Part shown: in pieces, positions 37,820-52,443 of the stretch
How positions within the stretch are numbered: the first letter of the stretch is position 1
Layout of the letters: the number at the start of each line of letters is the position of its first letter
Translations under genes and position numbers: made by a program
Notes under the pieces: generated by a model
Told to the model about the DNA's origin: nothing
Database searches by the model: none
Seen by the model: only the letters and a program-made list of their open reading frames with translations
Assembly: GCF_009914755.1 (NCBI RefSeq)
Contig: NC_060936.1
Source: the human T2T-CHM13v2.0 reference genome, Homo sapiens
Strand: one strand, 5' to 3'
DNA length: 64,000 bases

Positions 37820-38390
37820 TGTAAGAAGGAGAAAGGTGTGAGGAAGGTGGGCAGACCTGCCAGGGCTTGCAGCATGGTAAAGAGTTCTGGGCAACAAGGA
37901 GCCCTTGGAGGATGTTCAGAAGGTGAGCTGCAGGATCAGACTTGCACTGCAAGATGATGATTCTGGCTGTGTTGTGGAGGAATTGGACGGGGCAAGTGTG
38001 AAAGTGAGGGGGCTAGTCAGAGTTCATCGCCATCATCCAGGTGGGGGAGGATGGGGTCTTGGGCTGAGGTATCAGCAGTGAAGTTATGGAGTGGTAGGAA
38101 AATGCTGAGATGTATTTTAGACACAGAGTCAATAGGATTTGAAAATAGGCGAATATTAACTATTTAAAATATAGGAGAATAATGGAAGGGGGAAGCTGAA
38201 ATGAAAACCAGGCTTAAGCCATTGGGACATGACAGCACCCATTACCGAGATGGTAGAGGCTTGGGGGTGAGGGGAGAATGTGAAGGGAAAGATCGAGAGT
38301 TTGAGTTTGCGTGTGTTAGGTTTGGAAGGCCTGGGAAATGGTCAAGTGGAGATGTCAGGTGGGCACATTGGTATGAGTCTGGATCCTAGA
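37820..38390 (-). mobile_element. L2 LINE remnant
   Basis: gatcagacttgcactgcaagatgatgattctggctgtgttgtggagg...gagtttgagtttgcgtgtgttaggtttgg...caagtggagatgtcagg. Confidence 0.75.
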
Positions 38391-38935
38391 ATCACTGAGT
38401 CCTGTTGGTTTTATCTCTAAAGCATTTCTTTCCTATCCCCTTTTCCTACTCACGAACATCACCCTAATTTGGGGTCTCAGTAACCTGGACAATGAAAAAA
38501 TCTCACAAAAAAGAACTCTCAATCTCTCGGAGCCTCAGTTTTTACATTGGTAAATGGAGATAATGATAGCACTCACTCCATACTCTAATAAGATGAAGTA
38601 TAATGAAATAACACAGGTATTGCACCCACCACAGTGGCTGGCACATAGTAGATGCTCAATTGATGATGGTCATGTTATTTGGGTCTTTTTTCAGGCTTCT
38701 CACTTTTAGGTAAAGACAAAAGTTTAGCATAGGACTTGACACATAGTAAGCACTATGTAAAAATTGTTCTACTGCTACCAAGACTCGGTATTGTATTGTG
38801 GTCTGAGACCATTTGTGTTCAAATTCCATTTTACAATTTTACCACCAATTAGCTGTTTGGCAAGTTACTTCATCTCTACGTACCTCAGCCTCCTCATTGA
38901 TAAAACAGGAGTAATAACAATCCCCACTTTCAGGG

Positions 38936-39455
38936 TGTGGTAGGCAGAATAACAGCCACCCAAGAAGGTCCATGTAATGCCCAGAACCTGGGACTATGTT
39001 ACACTATATGGCAAAAAAATTCAATGTTTCCTTAATTCAGGAATTAAGGTTGCTCATCAATTGACTTTAAAGTTGGGAGATTATCCTGGATTATCCAGTG
39101 GGCCCAATGGATTTACAAGTGTTCTTAAAAGTGGAAGAGGTAGATAAGAGAGTGTGGTGAGAGGGAACTATAACTAGGGAAGAATGGTCAGAGCGATGCA
39201 ACATTGTTAGCTTCAAAGATGGAGGAAAGGGCCATGAGCCAAGGAATATGGGCAGCCTCTAGAAGCTAGAAAGCCAAAGGAATGAATTCTCCTCTAGAGC
39301 CTAGAAAGGAACACAGCCCACAGCCTTACACCTTGATTTTAGCAAGACCCATGTTGGATTTCTGACCTACAGAACTGTAAGATAATACATTTGTGTTGTT
39401 TTAAGCTATGAAGTGGTAGTAATTTATTCCAGCAGCCATAGTAAACTAATATGCA
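38936..39455 (+). mobile_element. Solo MaLR LTR (MLT1D-like) inserted in a MIR
   Basis: tgtggtaggcagaataa...gggagattatcctggattatccagtgggcccaat...ttctgacctacagaactgtaagataatacatttgtgttgttttaagc. Confidence 0.9.
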
Positions 39456-40165
39456 AGGGTCAATAAGTCCAGAGTGCTTAAAATCATGCTGGGCACTAGA
39501 TAAGAGATCACTAAGCTGTCCTTATTTTATAATGATGATGATATTGGTGATTATCACTTCTATTATTGGTACCACCATTCCTGCTTAGCTCTACATCAAG
39601 TCACAGCATCCAAAGCTACCCCTCTAACACCTGCACTATGCTAGACATGAGAGATACAAAACAAAAAAGAATACTCCCTGGGCCTGAGGAGTTCGCTGTC
39701 TACAGAGAGAGCCACATTTGCAACCAAGTCATTTTGTTACAGAATGGTAAGTTCTAACAAAGAAGGCCTTGCTTTCTGGTGCTCCTGCCTCATCTTTCCC
39801 TAGAATCGCTGTTAAGCAAGATGTATTGGCTGAGCCATGATTAACCCTACCTGGTGTGAAGCAAGAAAAAAAAACTGTGGTTTTCTGGCACAATGAATAT
39901 TTGTGTTTCTCATGGGGAGTCCATGCTATGTGGGAGAGCTGGAGCAATCCGAACTCAGAGCTGAAATCAAAGCTCAACACAAACCTTAAATTTGTTCCAA
40001 CAAGTGCATTGAGGAGGATCAGGAAAGGTTAAGGATGAACAAGATGTATCAGGAGTCTGGCAACCTGCATTGGGCACTTTATTTCAAATCTTTCTTTGTA
40101 AGCACAATTGTACCATCTCCTCTCCAAAATGAGGTACAATAAAAAATAATAATAATAATAGAAGG

Positions 40166-40553
<388 letters not shown>

Positions 40554-40784
40554 TCAGGTTGGGCTGAGAGTTGACTTGATACTACATGGTGTCTTGAGCT
40601 ACCTTTATAAGGACAGATTTATCTAAGGTGCACACATGGATAGCCACACATATGCATATCTTCACATACACATGCAGATACCCACCTTGACTCTTGGTCC
40701 CCTCCCACATCTCTGCCATTTACAGCCATGGGGGAAAAATTGGTGGGGGTGTGGAGAACAAAAAGAGGAGGATGCTTTACAGCT

Positions 40785-41100
40785 GGATTCATTCATTCAT
40801 TTAACCATTTATGAAGCATCCACTTTTTCATGCCAGGTACTGTCTAGGCACTAGAGATGGACAGATAAACATAACAATATCTACCTTCAAGAAGCTCTTC
40901 AGATAGCAGGAGGAGCAAACAAGAAAGTCACAGATCACAACACCAAGAGCCCAAGGCCAAAAGAGCTGTGAGCAGAACTACTACAAGAGCTCAGGTTGAA
41001 GATGCATAGCAACCTGGGGTGGGGGGTAAGAGACGCTCTGCCAGAAGGTGAGCTTTGGCCAATTCTTGAAGGACAAGAGAAGTTGGACAATCAATAGTAG
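40785..41100 (-). mobile_element. L2 3' end
   Basis: attcattcattcatttaaccatttatgaagcatc...tgccaggtactgtctaggcactagagat...accttcaagaagctc. Confidence 0.75.
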
Positions 41101-42511
41101 ACCCAACCAAAGTAGAGGAGCACACAATTTATGGAAAGTCAAGGTAAAACCATAGTCCATCCCCTTCCCATCGCCATCCTCCACTCATAACTCTGCTTTT
41201 TAGTTCACACCTTCTCAGAATAATTCTCTAGACCACACCACACACAACTGACCCAGCTCATAATGACAATGCCAAGTGTGGGGTTGTGGAGTGGCAAACG
41301 TATAAGCAGACAAACCTCAATGTGCCATGCTAATGATTCTCACAGGTGCACAAGGCTGGGAGTTAGAGGAAAGGGCCTGGACTTTAGACTCAGACCAACT
41401 TGAGTATGAATCCTAGCTCTGCCAGTTTATAGCTGTGAGACCTGTGCAAGTTGTCTTTGCTTTCTAAGTCTCAGTTTTCTCATCTGTTAAAAGAGAAAAA
41501 TAGGAGTATTGTGAAGCAAAAGTGAAGAGCACACAAACAGAGGTGTTGTAGGAATGCTGTATTAACATTCAACACATCATAGTTGAGAACAACCATAATG
41601 CATTCTTTCAGGATCTGGAGCTACATTGGTACAGACAGACCAGGTTCTAATTCTTGTTTTTGCCCCTAAAGTTCTTCATTAGCCCTGAGATGAAGACTTA
41701 ATGACTCCAGCCTCCATCCATTTTCTAGAACTGAAATAGGGAACTGAGAAATTGGGGTAACCAGCTACAGCCTTCATCACCCTTTGGTAAATTCTACGTG
41801 AAAGTCAGCCCGTCTCTCCCACCGGAGTCAGCCACGAGACCACCATAGTGAAAAGAGTATTGGCCAGTTGGCTCTGGTCTCAACTCAGCTCCTGACCTGT
41901 CACAAAGGGTTAGAGATGTAATTCAGGGTCACCCACTCTCTGGACTTCCATCTCCTCATCTGCAAATGAAGAAGTTTGACTAGATGGTATCTACAGTCCT
42001 TTCTCACTTGGGGAGTTCTGATAAAGCACCCACCACATACCCAAATGGGGTGAGGCAGAGATGGACCAGCCATGACCCCTCTCCTTAAAGAGCTCACAGC
42101 CTAAGGGGCAAAAGTAGAAACAAACCCATTCAGATTAAGTCATAGTATAAGACAAGATGTACCTAGTACAAAATGGAGAGGAGGCTTAAGAATGTAGGTG
42201 TCACCATTGGGTTCAGAGAGGATCACTGTGAGACAGGGTGATCTGGGAAAGCTTCCAGCAAGAAGCAGATTCAAGATTCTATTTTGAACAGTAGAGGACT
42301 TAAGATCAGGGCTGTGGGGCATTAGGCAAACTCCTAACCACTAAGCCATTTTCATTCATTTATCAAATGTGTGTTGAGCACTACTTATGCTCTCCTTCTG
42401 GGAAAAGTGAAAAAATCCATGTTGTTGCTCATTCCTCCGGAAAAATGCCAGGCTTCCTTCTAAGGGAATCCAAATTTTAGTCTTGTTGTGTTGGTCCATT
42501 AGCTTCAATAA

Positions 42512-43151
<640 letters not shown>

Positions 43152-43565
43152 TAAGATATATTTTCAGTCTTTCAGTTGAGTTCCTGGAAATTACTAGGTG
43201 GGTCAGGATAATCAGTGGGGTAAGAAAATAAGAAATAGGAGCAAATACATGTTTTTATTTGCTGTTAGAGAAAGAGCTATTAGGAAGAAAAGGAAAGCAG
43301 AGACCCCAAAGGATGGGAAGAAGGAGGGAAAAGCCAAGAGCTGTGTGGCTTGGGTTTTAGCAGAGGTTTCGGTAGAAAGCTGAGAACAAGTAAATTTAAA
43401 AAAGGGTTTGGGGACAGCTGCAAAATTAAGGAGGCATCTAAAGTGATGGAAATGGTAAAAGAGGATTTTAAGAAATTTACTGAAATTTACAAACTGAATT
43501 TCCTGTAATATCTTTAAGAGATGCAAGTAGAGGATTGAAATAGCTTTTAAGAAATGTTGGTTGTT

Positions 43566-43924
<359 letters not shown>

Positions 43925-44059
43925 TCATAAGGTCCCCGGCTTATCTCTGGGCAACATACATTTAAAGCAACAGCACATGAATGAACAATGTAAAATGAAT
44001 GAGTCTAGCGTACAGCAGACTTTACTTCATGTGAACCACTCATGCTTATTCCAAACTAT

Positions 44060-44285
44060 CAGACAGACAGTGTTTAAGAACTTGAGCTCTGGAGCCAAAT
44101 TCCCTGTGTTCCAATGCATACTAGCTGGGTATTCAATTTAACTTCTCTGAGCCTTTATTTCATCATTCATTAAAGGAATAAAAAGAATATCTACAAGACA
44201 GGGCTAGCATGCCGATTATGTGAGTTAGTATACGCAAAACTCTTAGGTCCTGACATAGAGTAAGCACTTAATAAATGTTCATTTT
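44060..44285 (+). mobile_element. MIR SINE
   Basis: agtgtttaagaacttgagctctggagcca...tttaacttctctgagcct...gacatagagtaagcacttaataaatg. Confidence 0.8.
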
Positions 44286-46133
44286 TATTTGCGTATGGTT
44301 GTCATTATTATCCATATCACAGTTTACATAAACACAGGGCTCTGTAAGTTTGAGTTTCTTGCTAGTTGGTCAAGCCACAACTTTGTCCCCATGCCAATAT
44401 TGACCATCCTTCTATGCCTACTTCCATCCTCATTTCTTTCTCAGTGCCTTGGCAATATTTTCTAAAGCACTCATTGGATATGATTCTTTCTGTCAGGTAT
44501 TGTTCATCTTGCTTCTCCAACAAGACTGAAAGCTCTTTTAGGAGCATGGAAATCATATTTTTTGCAGCTCCTCTCCTCAGCCTGGAGCAGCCCAGCTGAG
44601 CACATACTAGCCTCGGAATGTTCTTTGGTTGAGTGGAATGGACTGGAGTTGGGTGAATCACTTTGTAGACATTTAGCTTTTGTGTTAATGTGCTTCTTAC
44701 TGACCTCCAGCTCACCCTCATGTAGCCTACTGTCAAACCCAAGAAATGACCAGATGCTATCATTCACAAAGTTCTAAAATGCCATGACAATGTGTGCTTA
44801 CAACTGGAACTGCATTTCATTTAAAATGTCCTTAGCCTAATAGCTAATAGGTAGGCTTTTCTGTGTCTTTCAGAGCATCACAGGCAGTGTGGTGTAGTAG
44901 AAAGAACAGAGTTAGAAGGTAGAAAATGCTCTTCTAGCATCCCCTGGTTGTGTAATGCACACATCACTTACCACCCTGAGCCTTACATTTCTTAACTATA
45001 AAATGGGACTAATAGAAATGCCTGCCACATAGTCTTCTTGGTCAGACTAAAAGATAAAAGGTGTGGGAAAGTTATTTGAAATGGTAAATATATCTATTTA
45101 GTTCTTGTTTCTATTATCAAATTTGAGAATCTACCAGAGACAGGACGCCTTCCAGAAGAAGCACAGGGCACTGACCTCCCAGCCTGTGTTCAGCCTCATT
45201 AACATTCACCAAGAGAGATTCTGAGACTGCAGGAATGAAAAGGATGGAGGATGTGGGGGAAGCGGGTGGGAGAGGAACAGTTGGTGATGAAGAAAGAAAA
45301 ATCTAATCTTTTGCTAATACTAAGGGCCCCAGCTTAAGAACACACATACAAACAGTGAAGTGTGGTGACCCGGGACCAGCTGGAAGACCTCCTGTACAAA
45401 AGCCATTAACAATACTGCTTTCAGCTCCATAGCTCACCAGGGCCAGCTCAGGCCTGGGGTTGCTGGAAAAAAGAATCTGGGGTCCTGCTCAGAGACCCAA
45501 CCTCATGGTCAAATGTCAACCCATCAATACCAAGTGAGCAGAAAGAAGCCTACTGCTTAGGGCCTTTCTTTGTTTTTAATTAATTAGCTTTTTGTTCACC
45601 CATCTGAGTGGTAAAGAAATCTCTTCTGCAAGCCTTTCAAAACCCAATTCCCCCACATGTACCCACATTAGTGAAAACAAAGTAAAATCTGTGGTTTTGG
45701 CTCACTGCCTTGGCCACGTGGTCAAATAGGCCTTCGAAAGGATCCCTTTTTTTTAAGGAGTGTTTATTGAGTGACTGCTATTCATTCAACAAACATGTCA
45801 TGGGTGCCTACTGTGCCTCTGGCCCTACGCTTGGTGTTAGGGACATAAAGATGAATAAAGCTCAGACCCAGAACTCAAACAGCTCCATAAGGGAGGTCAG
45901 AGATCAACATCAGTTAACACAGTGCCTGCTAGAAAAGGCTAACAGCCTAAGAGACTTCTGGGATGAGGTGCTCCGTCAGCTCGGAGCAGAAAGAGAAGGC
46001 TTCTCTTGGGCAGGAGCAGGGAAGGTTTTATCTCATGGTGGCCTTTGAGGGCTGAACAGTTTGGATGGGCTTTCTACCCATGTTTACCACATTATAATAA
46101 TAGCAAACTGTGTACCACATAACCTGGCTGTGC

Positions 46134-46295
46134 CACACTCATCAGATACTGAACTAGGGAGATGCAAGCCCAGAATCATCAGCCCCTTGTCTTTGACAAG
46201 GGCCCTCAGGAAAGCTGCCTGACATATTTAGTCCTGAAGGCAGTAATTTAAGGGCCCATGGCTCTAACTGCCCTGGGCTCAGCCACTTGCATCAG
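46134..46295 (+). repeat. ~160-bp dispersed direct repeat, copy 1
   Basis: Aligns to 47688-47851; exact cores gctgcctgacatatttagtcc and gaaggcagtaattt. Confidence 0.93.
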
Positions 46296-46904
46296 CTGAG
46301 TTCTAAGCACTGACCATTCTAAGCACTGGCTGAACGTAACACAAAATGGTCTATGATGAAAGCCCTTTGATAACCCCATTTTGCATAAGTGAATCTGAAG
46401 CCCAGGCAATCTGGCTCTAGAGGCCATGCTCTTGACTTTGACCCTATGCAGTCTCTGCCATGCCAAACCTACCATGCCTTACACCTGTCCACCCCTCCCA
46501 CCTGGGCGCTCTAAAGCAGGGGCCATGTCCTGTTCAGTTCCTTGTCTTCAGAGCCCAGCCCCATTCCTGACACAAGGTGAGCCTTAAAAAAGGCTTGAAC
46601 TGTTGAGCTGAACCCACTGTCACCAGATGCTGAGGTCTCAGCATGCCAAGTGGTGGGGACCCATGGATCTATTAAGCACGCAAAACTGGGAGGCCAGTGC
46701 AGGGGCTGAGATGGATTGGGGCAGGGAGATGCAAAAACAGAAACAACCCATTTCACAAAGCCTCACTTGTGGCTTTTTGAGTCCAGGGATGAAGGCAAAG
46801 CTGAAATTTGGGAAGTGGAGGCCCCAGTCCTTTGTGACCCGGTGCACATGCGGCAGACCTGCCCTTGGGTGCACTTTTGTGGCTCTGAGGGCAGGATTTG
46901 GGCT

Positions 46905-47300
46905 TTAGATAATAATTGCATAGATTTGCTCAGTAAACACAGGGCAACCGTAAGATAATTACATGTTCTTACAGAGATGGGGCTCCATAATTACCTTCAG
47001 TGGCCCTAAAGTATTATTTAACACATATTCTGGTTTATAAGACAGAAATAATGATGAATTTGCCTGGTAATTACACAGCACTTCCCCACTACATATCCTG
47101 CCAGTAGCTGATACTTAGCCCATCATTAAGGGGCTAGCAGTTGCTTTGGTAAATAAGAAGTTCTTCTCATTACTGGTCTCCAGGCACATAAAGCATGATT
47201 AAAATGCCATTAGTGACATTTCTCCAAAGGGCAAATCCACAAGTCTGTGTGAGAAGCCAACTTTCCTTAGATTAAATGTTTTATTTCTGTCTTTCTGACA
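46905..47300. promoter_or_regulatory. Candidate developmental enhancer (homeodomain and FOX motif cluster)
   Basis: TAATTG 46913; TAATTA 46956, 46988, 47068; GTAAACA 46933; GTAAATA 47149; repeat-free. Confidence 0.35.
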
Positions 47301-47687
47301 GGAGCAATAGAAAGGAATCAATTCTAACTCAAGCATCTGCTCCCTGAAAACTTGTCCTTAATGAAACAGAGCAGACGATGCAAAATCTGCCCTGGCTCAG
47401 GGTCACAGGACAGGAGTTGCCACTGTTTTCAAGATGAAGATGATTCTTTAACTCATCCAGATGGCTCTGCCCAGTTGAGGAGGAGCCCAGGCCTGGCGCC
47501 ACCACCCTGTGGTGGGCTGGGTCAGCACATTGAGGGCCAGGGCAAACCGCAAGCTCTGGATGGGTCTTGCTGGCAGCCTCCTCCTCCAAGGATGGGGCCT
47601 GAGAGGCTCACAGAGAGCTGGGGCTCTTTGGAGAGGGGGGCACCCTGGTTCTTGGGCCACTTGCGGGTACACATGAGGAAGGAATGT

Positions 47688-47851
47688 ACACACATCAGAT
47701 ACCAAAGCAGGGAGATGCAAGCCCGGAACCAGTCTCTTTGTCCATGACAAGGACCCTCGGGAAGGCTGCCTGACATATTTAGTCCGGAAGGCAGTAATTT
47801 GAGGGGCCATGGCTCAGCTCTAACTGCCCTGAGCTCAGCCATTTGCATCAG
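47688..47851 (+). repeat. ~160-bp dispersed direct repeat, copy 2
   Basis: Aligns to 46134-46295; has a 5-bp gctca insertion and ATTTGCAT at 47841-47848. Confidence 0.93.
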
Positions 47852-49689
47852 AAAGAAATTGACTCTTTGTAATCAATAGAGGGCTTAAAGAGGGTGGTCA
47901 ACCACTATGGCTGGTGGGCAGGACAGGGAGTGGGCCCTCTGGAGCAAACAGGGCTCTCGTTACCATTCCATTCCAAGCTATCCCATTACTGAAGGGAACG
48001 ATTCAACAGCAAATATGAACTCAATTCCAAATCCCAGTGCCAAGGCAAATGGCCAGTCCCAGCGGCCTTTTTCTTTAGTAATGAACTCCAGGCCTCTGGC
48101 CTTGACTTTGGAAGTGACTTGACTTACCATGGAAGCCAGCAGAGAGTAGCTGGGAAAAGTTCAGAGTTAAAGTCAGAAGATCTGGATTCAAATTCCAGCC
48201 CTGCTCTTCAATGGCTGTGTAATATTTGGCAGTTACCTCTATCGAACTTCAGTTTCTTCATTTGTAAAACAATTTGAAAAGACTATTAAGTTCCGTTAGG
48301 CCAGAAACCACGCCCATTCTATTCATTGCTGAAGTCCCCACACCCAGCCCAGTGCCTGGCACCTTCTGAATCTATAATCAACATTTTTAATTGAATAAGA
48401 CTAGGGAAAATTCATTGCACAGTTAATTTACATAAATCCATTCATTTGCATTCAGTAAAAAGCAAAGAGAGAGAAAGAAAAATAACAATTTAAAATAATG
48501 ATTTAATTAGTACTGAAGATGTTGCTTGATAATCCACTCCAGGCATCTGTGCCCCAGAGTAATACCAAAGCCAGATATGCGGAGTTGCTCTTCTCTAACT
48601 TCCTGTTTGTGAGAATCTTGTACTGAACCCATAAAGGTATACTTCAATATTGCACTGTAGAATATATGCTCTCACTAAATAATATGCAATGTGTTACTAT
48701 ATCCATCCCACATAATTTACAAGTATTACTGCATTTGGCTGTAATCCGAAAACTTTTTAAACTCTACTTTATGGATGATTTATAGGAGGTTCCAGGGACA
48801 TTTCGATTATACCCAATTTTTGCTTTAGATTTGACCTCGACAGCCTTACCCTGCAGCATTTGGGTTATGTCACAGGGTCACTGCAAGTGAACCGGAATGT
48901 AACTATTGTGATCTAGAAACACTAGATAAAAATAGCTGGTATCCTGCTCAGTGCTTTTCTGCACAGCTACTTAGCCTGGTCAAGGTCAAGAGGCTTGATT
49001 ACAACCCAGACCTCTTGACTGCCGGCTTGAGTGCTGGCAGGCACAACACGATTTCCCTCAACAAAAACTTGTTGAGTAATTATTAGGCACTCAGCAAAGT
49101 GCCAGCCACACAGTGTTGTGTGAGAGAAATATAAGGCAGAAAGCACTGGCCACCAAACGCTCAATGATTTGCACAGACGAAATAAGCACCCAGCTGGCCC
49201 CAAAGTATGCAAACCTTGGCATTCTACCTGAAGGCGGAGGCAGCTACTGGGGAGCCTGAGGTGGAGAAGCAGTCATACACATGCGGTATCACCCACCAGT
49301 CCTTGCTACCAAGACCCATTTCTTCCCTACCCTAAACTGCCTGTTAACTGTTGAATTTTTTTTCCCAATTCAAAGCTTTCTTGTTTCCATTTTATTTCAC
49401 TGTGTTTCAAATGAAGAAAGGAAATACAAGGTGACTTTTGCCTTTCATATTCTAACCACATCCCACTCCATGTCCTCTACTGCCCAGGAAGTCCCTCCAG
49501 ACACAACCAGCAAGGCAGAGGAGGTATGTACAATCCTACATTCATCAATGAAGTGCTACAGTGAACAGAGAAGGGGACATGGACTGAGGTCACCAGGAAA
49601 ACCTCCATGGGAAGGTCAGAGTTACAGAAAGGCCTAAGATGAACTTGACCTTGAGAAGCAGACTATGAATTATATCTGTTGATTCTTCT

Positions 49690-50225
49690 TGTGCCACATC
49701 CATTCACCCTCATTCTCATAATAGGATCCTGATACCCTTTGGGGAAAGACCCCATTGCATGGCCCTAAGAATGAGCAGGGAACCCAGGCATGGAAAATCA
49801 TGGGAATCTCATCCCCTTGACTACTGTGATTAGCTCATGGATGAACATGTTTGTGTCCCAAGATGGCCTAATCAGTCCCATCCCCAGGACTATTGCAAAA
49901 GAAGCAATCTCTTTCTATAAAGTTGCTAACCTGGTAGCCTGAAGCAGCCAGGGACAGATCATCCAGTGCCTGCCTGAAACTGAAGCCAATAAGGAAGAAA
50001 ACATAGTCTAGACATGGAGAAATGGACAAAACCAGGTCCTAGAAAAATCACTGGAATCCCTGAATCCAGCAATACCTGACTTTGATGTCAAATGGTCCTG
50101 GATTTTTAAGTTACATTTTACTCAATAACTGTAGCTTGGGGATTGCTTTTTGCGGTTTTGCTTTTTGCTTAAAGCCAGTCCAAATTGGGTTTCTTTCATT
50201 TGCGGTGGAAAGAGCCCTAACAAAT
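49690..50225 (+). mobile_element. MaLR LTR (MLT1K-like)
   Basis: catccccttgactactgtgattagctc...gaatccctgaatccagcaatacctga...ttgcttaaagccagtccaaattgggtttctttcatttgc...aaagagccctaac. Confidence 0.7.
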
Positions 50226-51316
50226 TGACTCATAAAAAAGAGAAATGGCGGAACAAACATGGAGAACAGCAAGAGCAAGGACCTAGGGACAAGGGTATGG
50301 GTCTTTTTCTCAAGCATATACATTGAGAATCATAGAAGATAAGAGGCCAGGGAGCATATTATGAAAATATCATGTGATAGGAAGAGGCATTTGGACTTCC
50401 CCTGAACTTTTGAGAAGCAAAATCCAGAGCTGAAATCAGGAAAATACATGCCTAGACCCAAAGGTATCTCATGAACTGGCTGGTCCAGTTGCTGTTCCTC
50501 TCACTCAGGGAAACATCTGCCACATGCCAGATGCTGTACATCTGTGGTTAGCATTGTTCCTTTAAAGAATAACACAGATTCTTCTCCAGGCGAGCCAAAC
50601 ATTTTCATTAGCTGTGGTCAGGGAGGGAATCAGGCTCCTTCAGATGAGTTTCAGCTGACACACTCCTGTGGGGCACGTCTTTCAGGGAAGCTGATTCATC
50701 TTCAGTCGGTCAGCTGTGAGGGATGCACACCTGTGTCCTAGGATGACTTTGAGGGAGTGGGGGACAAAAGACCTTGCTGGGCTTCAGCTGCCTCTGCAGA
50801 TGCTCTTACACTGGGGCTGACACAAGTGCAGCCACGCCCAGCGGGTAGCCAGCAGTAGGGTTGTTCAGCTCCTAGGAACCCCCACTGAGGGCTCTTCCTC
50901 TGAGTTCTGTCCCAACCAACAGCTGGAGTTGGGGAGACTGACATCTGGGCTTGATTTGATGCCCCACTTATCCTCCTCTCAGACGTCCACACACTACATT
51001 CTTCAACCATTGCAGAATGCAAGTTGCTCGAAGTTACTTTGATGGTCAGGGCTCAAACAGGGATAGAGGTGCAATCACATCATGCCTATATTTGACAAGA
51101 GAATTCTGCTCCATGTGCTGAGAGAGACAGAAAACAAAACAGACTGAAAGAGAACAATATAATGGGCATGGCCTGAGTGACCTGAACTTCCATCCCACTC
51201 ACAGGGCAGATGCTATAGTGAGTATGAGATGGTGTGTGTGAATCTGTGGTTCTCACGGTTAAGTCTCGGTTCCTGCAAGCCTCTCGCTGCATCAGTAGCT
51301 TGCCTGGCTGAGTATA

Positions 51317-51661
51317 CTGTCGTGTTGTTTAATGATGGGGATACATTCTGAGAAATGGGGCGTTTGGCACACTCATCGCCATGCATATATGATAGAGTGC
51401 ACTTACACAAACCTAGATGGTAGAGCCTACTACATACCTAGGCTGTATGGTCTAGCCTATTGCTCCCAGGCTGCTAATCTGTATAGCATGTGACGGTACC
51501 AAATGCTGTAGGCAATTGTACACAATGAGAAGTATTTGTGTATCTAAACATATTTAAACATAGAAAAGGTACTGCAAAAATACGGTATTATAATCTTATG
51601 GGACAATCATCATACATGCGGTTTGTTGTTGACCCAGACATTGTTATCCCCCACATGACTG
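51317..51661 (-). mobile_element. Tigger3a (MER7A) DNA transposon MITE
   Basis: ggggatacattctgagaaatg...cttacacaaacctagatggtagagcctactac...aaaatacggtattataatcttatggga...catgactg. Confidence 0.9.
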
Positions 51662-51877
51662 TGTTTATCAAAATAAGTAGAACTAGCTGTTGGAACAAAC
51701 AATGCCAAAATCTAAGTGGCATAACACAATAAAAGCTGATAGTCTGCCCCCTCTTACACTGTGAAGTGAATTCAGAGGCTCTTCTTGGTGGCTGTGCTCT
51801 GAGCAGTACTCAGAGGACCCAAGACCTTCCATCTGCGACACTGCCCTATCAAACACCCTGGAAGGGGATGAGAGCTG

Positions 51878-52245
51878 CCGCTCATCAGATTCCCCAGAAG
51901 CAGACTTTGAGATGGAGGTCAGAGTGCAGGACTTTCATTAGGGAGTTCTTTGGGGATTAATGCTTGTGGAAGGGAGATAAGGATGCAAAACTGGGTAGAG
52001 GGAAAGGTTGAGTTGCCACGCAATCCCCCAAAATGGTTTCTTCCAGCTCTCTGGGAACTATGGAGCTAGGTGGCCTTTCACAGTTGTTCTGAGTCAGAGC
52101 CAGGTGATGATGCCATTAAACCTTTATGTTGATAAGTCATTGGATGCAGAAGAGGACCATCTTCCAGCAGCACTCCCTACAAATGAGGAAATAACTTTTT
52201 CATCACTAAAGGGAGACCCAGGTGACCATCAAAGCATCCACCACA
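51878..52245 (-). mobile_element. LTR16A-like ERVL LTR
   Basis: ttccccagaagcagactttgagatggagg...tggagctaggtggcctttcacagttgt...agtcattggatgcag...agcatccaccaca. Confidence 0.75.
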
Positions 52246-52257
52246 AGAGTACTGGAG

Positions 52258-52443
52258 GAGGGGTTGACCATCTTGTAGTAAATAATTTAGGCTTGGTAGT
52301 TCATGCCATCACTGTCACAACTACTACTCTGCTATTGCACATGAAAACAGCCATAGGCTGTATGTAAATCAATGAGTGTGACAATGTTACAATAAAACTT
52401 TATTTACAAAAACAGGCAGTGGGTCATAGTTTGCCAGCTTCTG
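52258..52443 (+). mobile_element. MER58A hAT-Charlie MITE
   Basis: gtaaataatttaggctt...aaaacagccatagg...caataaaactttatttacaaaaacaggc...catagtttgcc. Confidence 0.85.
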
